A DNA stretch of 64,000 nucleotides. Origin: Macrostomum lignano (lineage: Eukaryota). Within the stretch, counting starts at the first letter, position 1. The number at the start of each line of letters is the position of its first letter. Below, one piece after another: positions 47,195-58,770 of the stretch. Below the pieces are notes generated by a model. The model worked only from the letters and a program-made list of their open reading frames with translations. It searched no databases and was not told where the DNA came from. The position numbers and the translations under genes are program-made. The stretch spans positions 62,001 through 126,000 of the forward strand of contig NIVC01000312.1 of the NCBI GenBank assembly GCA_002269645.1. The letters run 5' to 3'.

Positions 47195-47850
47195 TCGGTG
47201 AAACTCCTTGTCACTCTCAGCTGTCACTCAGTGCGACTCCCTGTCACTCTCTCAGCTGTCACTCAGTGTGACTCCCTGTCACTCTCCCAGCTGTCACTCA
47301 GCGTGACTCCCTGTCACTTTTTCAGCTGTCACTCAGTGAGACTCCCTGTCACTCTCTCAGCTGTCACTCAGCGTGACTTCCTGTCACTCTCTCAGCTAGC
47401 ACTCAGTGTGACTCCCTGTCACTCTCTCAGCTTTCACTCAGTGAGACCCTGTCACTCTCTCAGCTGTCACTCAGCGTGACTTCCTGTCACTCTCTCAGCT
47501 AGCACTCAGTGTGACTCCCTGTCACTCTCTCAGCTTTCACTCAGTGAGACCCTGTCACTCTCTCAGCTGTCACTCAGTGAGACTCCCTGTCACTCTTTCA
47601 GCTTTCACTCAGTGAAACTCCCTGTCACTCTCTCAGCTGTCACTCAGTGAGACTCCCTGTCACTCTCTCAGCTGTCACTCAGTGAAACTCTCTGTCACTC
47701 TCTCAGCTGTCACTCAGTGAAACTCCCTGTCACTCTCTCAGCTGTCACTCAGTGAAACTCCCTGTCACTCTCTCAGCTGTCACTCAGTGAAACTCCCTGT
47801 CACTCTCTCAGCTAGCACTCAGTGAAACTCCGTCACTCTCTCAGCTTTGC
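47195..47850. repeat. 35-bp minisatellite between GATB and GUCD1
   Basis: CACTCTCTCAGCTGTCACTCAGTGAAACTCCCTGT units. Confidence 0.92.
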
Positions 47851-47929
47851 TCTCATATTTGCTTCAAATTCAATGCTCGCTACTTCATGTAGTAACAAAT
47901 ACATCAAAACAATCTATATATACGAGCGT

Positions 47930-50165
47930 ATGTCTAGTCCAGACCCGACTTCAAACGACCTACATGTCAATAACAAAGACTATATTGATGGCAACAAAGA
48001 GGCCGAATATTTAGCCCTAATTAATCGCGGCGCTGTGCTACTCAGCCGCTATCCGTTGGTGCCGCAGTCGGCCAATCACGATTGCGGCATCGCCTGCTTG
48101 CGAATGGTGCTACGAGGCCTTGACGTGCCGCAGGCGGAAACCCTCCTAGCCGAGGCTATGGAAGCTAGCGATCTGGGAGAGAGCGTCTGGACTCCCGACT
48201 TGCTGCGTATACTGCTGCACTGCGGGCTCCGGGCTCAACTGTACAGCATCTGCCTGCTGCCTAACCCTGGCTATGCTCAACTGGTTGGTTTAAAGCGAAC
48301 CTCATCGCAAATCTGTGACTGTTTATTTAATAAAAACGCTCTCCAAGTCCATCTCAAGGATAATCCCTTCAAAATCCTCTCTCATAGGATAATCACTCTT
48401 CTCAAAATTCTCTGTCACAGGATAATCCCCTCCAAGTCCCCTCTCCCAGGATAATCACCTCCAAATCCTCTCTCACAGGAAAATCACCTCTAAATCCCCT
48501 CTCAAGAATAATCCCTTCCAAATCCTCTCTCATAGGATAATCAATCCCCTCAAAATCCTCTCACAGGATAATCCCTTCCAAATCCTCTCTCATAGGATAA
48601 TTAATCCCCTCAAAATCCTCTCACAGGATAATCCCTTCCAAATCCTCTCTCATAGGATAATCAATCCTCAAAATCCTCTTTCAAAGGATAATCCCTTCCA
48701 AATCCTCTCTCATAGGATAATCAGTCCCCTCAAAATCCCCTCTCACAGGATAATCCCTTCCAAATCCTCTCTCATAGGATAATTAATCCCCTCAAAATCC
48801 TCTCACAGGATAATCCCTTCCAAATCCTCTCTCATAGGATAATCAATCCTCTCAAAATCCTCTCTCAAAGGATAATCCCTTCCAAATCCTCTCTCATAGG
48901 ATAATCAGTCCCCTCAAAATCCCCTCTCACAGGATAATCCCCTCCAAATCCTTTCTCACAGGATAATCCCCTCTAAGTCCCCCCTACCAGAATAATCCCC
49001 TACAAGTCCCCTCTCACAGGATAATCCCCTCCAAGTCCCCCCTCACAGGATAATCCTCTACAAGTCCCCTCTCACAGGATAATCCCCTCCAAATCCTGTC
49101 TCACAGGATAATCACCTCTAAATCCCCTCTCAAGAATAATCCCTTCCAAATCCTCTCTCATAGGATAATCAATCCCCTCAAAATCCTCTCACAGGATAAT
49201 CCCTTCCAAATCCTCTCTCATAGGATAATTAATCCCCTCAAAATCCTCTCACAGGATAATCCCTTCCAAATCCTCTCTCATAGGATAATCAATCCTCTCA
49301 AAATCCTCTCTCAAAGGATAATCCCTTCCAAATCCTCTCATAGGATAATTAATCCCCTCAAAATCCCCTCTCACAGGATAATCCCCTCCAAATCCTTTCT
49401 CACAGGATAATCCCCTCTAAGTCCCCCCTACCAGGATAATCCCCTACAAGTCCCCTCTCACAGGATAATCCCCTCCAAATCCTTTCTCACAGGATAATCC
49501 CCTCCAAGTCCCCCCTCACAGGATAATCCTCTACAAGTCCCCTCTCACAGGATAATCCCCTCCAAATCCTGTCTCACGGGATAATCACCTCTAAATCCCC
49601 TATCAAAAATAATCCCTTCCAAATCCTCTCTCATGGAATAATCAATCCTCTCAAAATCCTTTCTCACAGGATAATCCCTTCCAAATCCTCTCTCATGGGA
49701 TAATCAATCCCCTCAAAATCCTTTCTCACAGGATAATTCCTTCCAAATCCTCTCTCATAGGATAATCAATCCCCTCAAAATCTCTCACGGAAAAATTGAA
49801 AAAATCGCTGTTTAATTACACAGGTGTTGTAGCTACCTTAATATTTTAAGTTAGTTATTTATTCGATCACTACATATCGGTAGCTATACACCCTCGTATA
49901 ACTACAATACTCGCGCGTAGAACTTCTATCGCGACAAGTTCTCATCAGATCAGCAGCGAGTTGCTCGCAATTTAGATTGGATCAGCCAGATTGATCCCCA
50001 AGCCGCTGTGCAGCAATCTCTACCCCTTAGCGCTGTGCTGGATCACCTGTCCGCCCGGCTGGGACCCGTCATCTGCCTTATTGACGCTAACAATACTGAT
50101 GCTGCCAGACTGCGGGTGAGCATTTGACTGATTCTACGGTAGATTATGCGTAGACAAACAGACAC

Positions 50166-50232
<67 letters not shown>

Positions 50233-50335
50233 GGCAGACAGGCAGGCAGACAGACAGACAGACAGACAGACAGACAGGCAGTCATACAGACAGACAGACA
50301 CACGGACAGACAGACAGTCAGACAGACAGACAGGC

Positions 50336-50417
<82 letters not shown>

Positions 50418-50419
50418 GC

Positions 50420-50454
<35 letters not shown>

Positions 50455-50732
50455 TACAAGCGGACAGGCAGACAGAAACTTCAAGCCTCATCGCCACCCC
50501 GCAGTCCTGCATGCACTGCAACTGCCTGTCGCTGTCTTCGCCCTGCTGCGGAGGCGGCCCCTACCAGGGGCACTACATCCTGCTGTGCGGCTATCTTCCA
50601 GAGGAGCGCCGTCTTATCTATCGGGATCCGATGAGCCGAATTAGCGAATACAAATTGATGTCTTTCAAAGAATTCGACCGAGTTCGAACCGCGTATGGCA
50701 CTGATGAAGATTTATTATTTGTGTTTGGGTAG
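47930..50732 (+). CDS. GUCD1: GUCD1-like (peptidase C39-like fold); exons 47930-48283, 49921-50115, 50505-50732
   Basis: [47 protein letters not shown]; phase-0 junctions. Confidence 0.9.
48350..49790. repeat. ~29-32-bp minisatellite (AGGATAATCCCCTCCAAATCCTCTCTCAC) in GUCD1 intron 1
   Basis: Recurring AGGATAATC core with block duplications. Confidence 0.92.
50150..50460. repeat. (GACA)n microsatellite in GUCD1 intron 2; same family at 11173-11208, 34925-34990, 44610-44720, 58520-58770
   Basis: Read directly. Confidence 0.95.
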
Positions 50733-51049
50733 CCTCCGGGTCTCTGCTTTGTCCATATTAGCGCATGGCTGAATGTTAATTATATCGAAAACTTAATGAC
50801 ATTTTTTTACGTTTTTCCCTCATTTGTTGGCTTTTAGAAAATCTTTTAATTACCTAAGAATTTGATTTTTCAAAATTCGTTTAGATATAAGATTAGATCT
50901 AGATCTAGGATTAGATATTGACAGGATGGCGCACGGAACTGAACCCGGGGGTCGCAGCGCCAGTCAGACGCGTTCAGAGCCGAGCTTCTTAGAGTCAGAC
51001 TAGCAATCTGGTGCCCCCCCCCTTCGGGGTGGCCAATAAGCAAGGAAAA

Positions 51050-51445
51050 ATAGATAGCCAGCACCCCCCCCCCAGATAGCAAGCACCCAACCCCCCAGAT
51101 AGAAAGCACCCCCCTCAGATAGCAAGCACCCCCAGATAGCAAGCACCCCCAGATAGCAAGCACCCCCAGATAGCAAGCACCCACCCAGATAGCAAGCACC
51201 CCCAGATAGCAAGCACCCCCAGATAGCAAGCACCCACCCAGATAGCAAGCACCCCCAGATAGCAAGCACCCACCCAGATAGCAAGCACCCACCCAGATAG
51301 CAAGCACCCACCCAGATAACAAGCACCCACCCAGATAGCAAGCACCCACCCAGATAGCAAGCACCCACCCAGATAGCAAGCACCCACCCAGATAGCAAGC
51401 ACCCCCAGATAGCAAGCACCCACCCAGATAGCAAGCACCCCCAGA
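51050..51445. repeat. 18-19-bp minisatellite (CAGATAGCAAGCACCCACC)n
   Basis: Period 19 (51301, 51320, 51339). Confidence 0.93.
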
Positions 51446-51550
51446 CATCAAGAAGGCAGTCAAATAGATACCTTGGAAAAAGTTTTTTAGCGGTAAAAGT
51501 TTCCAGGTTCAAGTCTTCTATTATTTACTTTTGTGGATACATTTTTTCAG

Positions 51551-52289
51551 CCGCTACTCAGCCGTCATTGCTTCCGTCTGAGCAGCTCCTTGCCTGCTCG
51601 TCGACGATCTGACGCTGTCGGGGCGGATTGTCAGCGACCGCTGGATCTGGTGCTGAGGGATCTGCCAGCCGGCTGTCAGCTGGACACCGTCAGACGGGCT
51701 CTGGGTCGGTTTGGCGAGGTGGCCAGTCTGTATAGAGTTGGCTTCAGCAAGGCTGGATCTACGTGTATGGCTAGGCTAATCAGGTTGGTTGGATTGTTAG
51801 TTAGTTAGCACTTAGTCACTAAGTCACTTAGTTAGTTTGTCAGTCAGTTAGTCAGTCAGATAGTTAGTTAGTAAGTTAGTTGGTTAGTCAGTTAGTTAGT
51901 CACTTAGTTAGCCAGTTAGTTAGTTAGTTAGTCAGTTAGTTAGTCACTTAGTTAGCCAGTTAGTTAATTAGTCAGTTAGTCAGTTAGTCAGTTAGTTAGT
52001 TAATCAGTTAGTCAGTTGGTTAGTCAGTCAGTTAGTTAGTTAGTCAGTAAGTTAGTTAGTTAGTTAGTTAGTTAGTCAGTTAGTTGGTTAGTTAGCCAGT
52101 TAGTTAGTTAGTCAGTTAGTTAGCCAGTTAGTTAGTCAGTTAGTTAGTTAGTCAGTTAGTTAGTCAGTTAGTTAGTTAATCAGTTAGTTAGTTAGTTAGT
52201 TAGTTAGTCAGTTAGTTAGTCACTTAGTTAGCCAGTTAGTTAGTTAATCAGTTAGTCAGTTGGTTAGTTAGTCAGTTAGTTAGTTAGTC

Positions 52290-52320
<31 letters not shown>

Positions 52321-52549
52321 CAGTTAGTTAGTCAGTTAGTTAGTCAGTTAGTTAGTTAGTTAGATAGTTAGTTAGTTAGTTAGCCAGTTAGTTAGTTAGT
52401 CAGTTAGTTGGTTAGTTAGCCAGTTAGTTAGTTAGTCAGTTAGTTAGCCAGTTAGTTAGTCAGTTAGTTAGTTAGTTAGTTAGTTAGTCAGTTAGTTAGT
52501 CACTTAGTTAGCCAGTTAGTTAGTTAATCAGTCAGTTGGTTAGTTAGTC

Positions 52550-52600
<51 letters not shown>

Positions 52601-55241
52601 CAGTTAGTTAGTCAGTTAGTTAGTCAGTTAGTTAGTCAGTTAGTTAGTTAGTTAGATAGTTAGTTAGTTAGTTAGCCAGTTAGTTAGTTAGTCAGTTAGT
52701 TGGTTAGTTAGCCAGTTAGTTAGTTAGTCAGTTAGTTAGCCAGTTAGTTAGTCAGTTAGTTAGTTAGTCAGTTAGTTAGTCAGTTAGTTAGTTAATCAGT
52801 TAGTCAGTTGGTTAGTTAGTCAGTTAGTTAGTTAGTTAGTTAGTTAGCCAGTTAGTCAGTTAGTTAGTCAGTTAGTTAGTCACTTAGTTAGCCAGTTAGT
52901 TAGTTATTTAGTTAGTAATTGTTTCCCTGATTATTTATGTCGGGCAGTGTACACGCCCCCGCGAACTCGAACCCTCAACCTCCACCCTTGCTTCCTGGCC
53001 AGATACCAGCCGGAAGCCGCCCATCAGCTGGTGGGCCGTGACCTCCTGCTATCCGGTCGCAGCCAGGCGCAGGTGTACCTACGCTGGGAGACGCCGCTGC
53101 TGCCGCCGACTTCCCCAACTCTGCTAGCCGCCGAGCTGTCAACATCGCCAACATCGGCAGTACAGCGAGCCGTACGAGACTTTTTTACCAGTCGACTCGG
53201 CAGAGTTCAGTGCTTGTCAGTCTGGCGCGACTGCTCCATTGCTGTCCGGTTGCTGGGCGAACAGGATTTTAATAAGGAAGCAGCATTGAACTTAGTCGGC
53301 GAATGCCTGCAGCTGGCACCCGGCCTGAGCGCCCCGGTGCTCTGGGCTCCTGGCCGGTGTCCAGGCGATGGCTCGTTCAGTTTTAGTCGACTTCGCCTGC
53401 GGCAGGTCAGCTCCGGCTGCTGGCAGCGGCCGGTGACCGTTCGCGATGTGCACTCGCGCTTTCATGGACGCATCGGCCGGGTGACATCGGTTGCCTTCAG
53501 TAGCCGCGGCTTTATCGAAGTCTGGCTGGAAAATGATGATGATGGGCAGCGGAGTCGTCGGCGACTGTCCGGTGAACTCGCCGGGCGGAGCTTCCAATTG
53601 GCTACCGGAGTCGAACTGGTGGTCGTGGATGATTCCGACAACGACTATAGCTGTCGAACTCTATTGGCTTCATCTAGAGCTTCTTCCGCTCTCTACTCGT
53701 CAAAATCCGCTCCCTACCCAACTGCATCCGCTCCCTCTCCAATCGCATCCGCTCCCTCCCCAATCGCATCCGCTCCCTTCCCAATCGCATCCGCTCCCTT
53801 CCCAATCGCATCCGCTCCCTCCCCAATCGCATCCGCTCCCTTCCCAATCGCATCCGCTCCCTCCCCAACTACATCCGCTCCCTCCCCAACTACACCCGCT
53901 CCCTCAACAACTTCATCCGCTCCCTCCCCAACTTCATCCGCTCCCTACCCAACTTCATCCGCTCCCTACCCAACTTCATCCGCTCCCTACCCAACTTCAT
54001 CCGCTCCCCACCCAACTTCATCCGCTCCCTCCCCAACTACACCCGCTCCCTCCCCAACTTCATCCGCTCCCCACCCAACTTCATCCGCTCCCCACCCAAC
54101 TTCATCCGCTCCCTCCTTAACCACATCCGCTCACTCCCCAGCCCCATCCTCCCACACGGACGGGTTCGTACCATCAGGCGGCATCTGCCTGCTTCTCTCT
54201 GTCCCACGCGGCGGACTTCTCACGCCCGACTCGGCACTCAGCTGCCTAGAGCGACTACTCAAGCATCAGTCGATTAAGTCGAACCTCCGTTGCTTAGCAA
54301 CTCGCCGCATCGGCGCCGGCCTTGTCGAAGTGGCCCTGCCGGCGGAATTGTCAAACTCCGCCCTCGCTCTGGTCGGTCGGCGCTACAGATTACTCAATGA
54401 AGGTCAAACGGAAGTCGGCATCGAGCTTGGCCGGTCCTCGCTTCCGGCCTCGACTGTGCAGCTGACTGTGAAAAATCTTCCGTTTGGTACCAGCGTCGAG
54501 GACGTCGCTGAGGCGCTGCGTCAGCGCGGCTGTCGCGTCTTGCGCTGCTTTCTACCATTCAAGGACGAAGCAATGGCCACCGTGACTGAGCTAGTCGACG
54601 ACGTTGAATGTAGCGTCGATATGTCGGTACAGCGTCGCCTTGTCGGCTCCCTGCTGACGGTGGCTGGCGTACAGTGTCCGGTTTTTCTCTCGCTGGAGTC
54701 GCTGCCGCCTACGGCGCGACAGTTCATCGCTGAAACGACATCCGACATGTCGGAGGCGTTGGCGGAGACGGCGGCCAAGTCGACGGCAGTGCAAGCGGCG
54801 CTGACTGACTGGCTGAACGGCCTTGGATGCGGACGGCTTCTGCGGCTTAAGGTGCGTTGGCCTTGATTGAATTTCCGATATTTCCCCTATTCTCAAAATG
54901 AGATATTTTCTATCCTCAAAAAGGGATTTTCCCTACTCTGTATGTGGGATATTTCCCCAATTCTCAAAATGGGACTTTTCCCTATTTTAAAGTGGGATAT
55001 TTCCCCTACAGTATTCTTAAAGTTGGATATTTCCCCTATATTTCCCCATCTCATCCGCGCCGAGTCGTACTGCCCACAGCCGGTGCAGGAGGTGCTGCTG
55101 CTCACGCTGCAGGCACCCTACCGGCGAGGTCAAGCGCGAACTCGGCGTTATGTCGACTGTCTGCTGGCTGACGCCGGCGCCCCGGACACTGCCGGTGGCG
55201 CGGCCTTTGTTCGCGCCCAAGCCATGAAGCGCGCCCTGTGA
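51551..55241 (+). CDS. Uncharacterised protein with several degenerate RRM-like units and a Ser/Ala/Pro repeat linker; exons 51551-51783, 53003-54851, 55080-55241
   Basis: LVLRDLPAGCQLDTVRRALGRFGEV and LTVKNLPFGTSVEDVAEALRQRGCRV match the RNP2/helix-1 pattern of RRMs. Junctions are phase-consistent (2, then 0). No in-frame ATG precedes exon 1. Confidence 0.6.
51790..52915. repeat. (GTTA)n microsatellite with GTCA variants, intronic
   Basis: Read directly. Confidence 0.96.
53700..54150 (+). repeat. 21-bp in-frame coding repeat (SAPSPT/SAPFPIA-type heptapeptides)
   Basis: TCCGCTCCCTCCCCAACTACA-like units inside ORF 52947..54866. Confidence 0.85.
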
Positions 55242-55355
55242 CGCTGACTTTTACCATCATGACAGCGTATTTTGTTGTTTGTTGTTGTTGTTGTTGTTCC
55301 CCTATTCTTAACTGGGATATTTCCCTATTCTCAAATTTAGGATTCCCCACGCCAG

Positions 55356-56885
55356 TACTGTTATGATTTTCAAGGTAAGTAAATTAGTACGATCGTAGTT
55401 ACGAACGTATACCCACCTAAACCTAACTTGCATTTTCTTGCGTTCCAAAATTTAGGTACCGCTAAACTTTGCCCAATGTCGCTGTTTTTTCTTCGACCTA
55501 GACGTCGAAGAATCTTGTCGCAAATCGCTGAACCACCTGGTTGGCAAGCTGCTGCAACTACCGAGTTCAATATTTGGCGAGAGCTGCCAAATTCTGTTGA
55601 CGCAACCAAAGCACGGGCTGCCGCGAACTGCCGGCTGGGTGAAGATCATTGACGAGGAAAAGTGTGCGACTTATGAAGGCCACGATTCTGCGTCAGCTGG
55701 CGGTGAGTTTTACTTTGATCTTGCCGCTAATAGACCCAAATGCACTTTGATCTTGCCGCTACTAGACCCAAATGCACTTTGATCTTGCCGCTACTAGACC
55801 CAAATGCACTTTGATCTTGCCGCTAATAGACCCAAATGCACTTTGATCTTGCCGCTACTAGACCCACATGCACTTTGATCTTGCCGCTAATAGACCCAAA
55901 TGCACTTTGATCTTGCCGCTACTAGACCCACATGTACTTTGATCTTGCCGCTATTAGACCCACATGTACTTTGATCTTGCCGCTACTAGACCCAAATGCA
56001 CTTTGATCTTGCCGCTACTACATGTATAATTTAGTGGGTTTAATCTTGCCGCTACTTAGCCGCTACTTGACTTTAAATCTTAACTCGATCAGATTCCAAA
56101 CACTCTGATCACGCTGCCATAACTAACCATAAGTGCCATTAGTTATAAAAACTACACGCCCTCATCATTATCCACTTCCAGACGTGCATCTTAAATCGCG
56201 CCTAATCGAAGCTCTTCAAAGTCGTTTCGGTCGGGTACTCTGTCTTGACACCGACTCCACCGGCTGGCTAGTTGCCTTTGATCTTGCCGCAAATGCCGAA
56301 TTGGCCCTATCGATTGGTCGCTTTGATCTCGACGACTGCCGACTGCGGCTTGTCCAACCGGAGACCGGCTTGGCTCTGCTGCGCCTGTCCAACCTGCCGC
56401 CAGCCGCGACTCGAACCCGGGCCGACGCTGTCCGACTGCTGTTCGGCCGAGACTTTCTCGACGACCTGATGGACGTGTCTGTTGATCGACATCGTCGCCA
56501 GTGCTACGCCGTTGTCGATTCGCGAGCCGGCGCGACACCAAGACAGCTGCTGGCTCGCCTGCGGCACCGCGGCATCGAAGTTGAAGTCACCGACTACAGC
56601 AGCAACCAGCAACACCGGCTCCTAGGCGATGACAATAAACTGTTGCTAAGCAACCTGTCGGCTAGCGTGACAGATTATCGATTGTTAAAATGGCTGTCAA
56701 CCTACGGCCGGGTGCTGCGGCTCCAGACGCCGAAACCGTTCAACGGACAGTCGGTGGCCACTTTGCTGAGCTCGCACTCGGCCAGAGACGTTGTTGCGTC
56801 TAGCGGCAAAGCGGATGTCGTATTAAACGACGGCGTCAAAGTTGAATTGTTTCGTCGAGACGGATTGGTTGGAAATTTGAGCTGA
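55356..56885 (+). CDS. Further RRM-like exons (55356-55374?, 55502-55702, 56182-56885): second gene or alternative 3' end
   Basis: Phase-1 chain YCYDFQ|DVEESCRKSLNHLVGKLLQL...SAG|DVHLKSRLIEALQSRFGRV...LLRLSNLPP...LLLSNLSASVTDYRLLKWLSTYGRV; strong donors gtaagt (55375) and gtgagt (55703). Confidence 0.55.
55713..56020. repeat. 32-bp intronic minisatellite (CTTTGATCTTGCCGCTACTAGACCCAAATGCA)n
   Basis: Read directly. Confidence 0.92.
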
Positions 56886-56929
56886 GTGCTTGGTGGCGTT
56901 GGCTTTTGTTTGATGAAGCTTCATTTTGA

Positions 56930-57545
56930 AGGGTAAACTTGAAGGTCACAGAGCTTGTGGGGGTTAGTTTCACCTTAAAAAAGTACACTTAACGGTCATT
57001 GAACAAAAAGAAAGTTTCGCCTGAAGGTCATCAAACTAAGTAAGGGTACACTTAAAGGTCATTAAACTGAGGAAGGGTACACTTAGAGGTCAACGAGCTT
57101 GAAAGAGCTAGCTTCATCTTAAAGGGTACACTTGAAAGTCAACGAGCTTGGAAGGGCTAGCTTCATCTTGAAGGGTACACTTGAAGGTCAACGAGCTTGA
57201 AAGAGCTAGCTTCATCTTGAAGGGTACACTTGAAGGTCAACGAGCTTGGAAGGGCTAGCTTCATCTTGAAGGGTACACTTGAAGGTCAACGAGCTTGGAA
57301 GAGCTAGCTTCATCTTGAAGGGTACACTTGAAGGTCAACGAGCTTGGAAGAGCTAGCTTCATCTTGAAGGGTACACTTGAAGGTCAACGAGCTTGGAAGG
57401 GCTAGCTTCATCTTGAAGGGTACACTTGAAGGTCAACGAGCTTGGAAGGGCTAGCTTCATCTTGAAGGGTACACTTGAAGGTCAACGAGCTTGGAAGAGC
57501 TAGCTTCATCTTGAAGGGTACACTTGAAGGTCAACGAGCTTGGAA
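56930..57545. repeat. 49-bp minisatellite
   Basis: TTGAAGGGTACACTTGAAGGTCAACGAGCTTGGAAGGGCTAGCTTCATC units, degenerate at the 5' side. Confidence 0.92.
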
Positions 57546-58134
57546 GGATAGCTAGAGTTAGAATGGTACATATGAGGTCACAAATCTAAATAAAGTTACA
57601 CCTGAAGGTCACTAAACTAGAGGGTAGATTTTATTTTAAAGGTACATTTTGAATGAGGTTGACAGTCGTAGCCTCCTTTTTAAGGGTACATATGAAGGTC
57701 TCCGTGGTTGAGACGATAATCATCAATTATGCTTTAGTAAACTACGAGTATATATGATTTCAATCGCGCATTTACAGCCAATTTCTATTGTTTTTTTTTG
57801 CTGTTGCAAAAGTATATAAAAGACGTAATTGAGATCTTTCTAGCAAACGAACTGCTGTGCATTTTTGTAAAAACCAGTTAGTTTTTGGCTTGGCTTTGTT
57901 GATTTCTTTTTTGTTTTGTTTTAACTTTAAATAGAATTTCCCTAAGCTCAGCGGTTAACGCGTCTGACTCTTTCGCCACGATCCCCCCCCCCCCCAAGAC
58001 ACATGTCTGACCATCCATTAGAAGTCAGAGCCGCTGTACACCCCGTGTGAGCGGGTGTGTGAGCCAGGAATCTCAGAAGTCAGCGGAATGGGAATTTCAG
58101 CTTTATAAATCAACAGCAAATCCAGCGCATCAGA

Positions 58135-58739
58135 ATGCACTCCATAACCGACGTGAACAAGCCGCTATGGGACCAGAGCACCTTCTGGGGCCGGTTGCGT
58201 CATTTCGCCTGGCTCACCGATCCGCGCTCCGTGTTCGCCAGCCGGGCCAAGCTGGAAGCGAGCCGCGACCTCATCTTGGCCTGCCGCTCTGGCGCTGTGG
58301 ATCCGCGCACGGTGCCCGAAGCCGAGTTGATTCGGGCGAAACAGCTGTTCGAGAGCGCCTATCATCCTGACTCTGGCGAGCTGCAGAATCTGGTTGGCAG
58401 GATGAGCTTCCAGGTGCCCGGCGGTATGGCGCTGACCGGAGCCCTGATGGCCTTCTATAGGACTACCGCTCAGGTGAGACTTTGAGCTGACCTCTCTTGT
58501 CTGGGGTAGCTGCTCTCACTATCTGCCTGCCTGTCTGTTTTTCTGTCTGTCTGTCTGTCTGTCCGTGTGTCTGTCTGTCTGTCTGCCTGTCTGTCTGTCT
58601 GTCTGTCTGTCCGTGTGTCTGTCTGTCTGTCTGCCTGTCTGTCTGTCTGTCTGTCTGTCTGACTGCCTGTCTGTCCGTGTGTCTGTCTGTCTGACTGCCT
58701 GTCTGTCTGTCTGTCTGTCTATCTGTCTGTCTGTATATA

Positions 58740-58770
<31 letters not shown>

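Noticed and set aside
57940-57990. Possible tRNA gene (TAAGCTCAGCGGTTAACGCGTCTGACTC; similar fragment at ~50925-50995)
   Set aside because: Only an A-box/D-arm-like head is present, with no complete cloverleaf; more likely SINE-head fragments.
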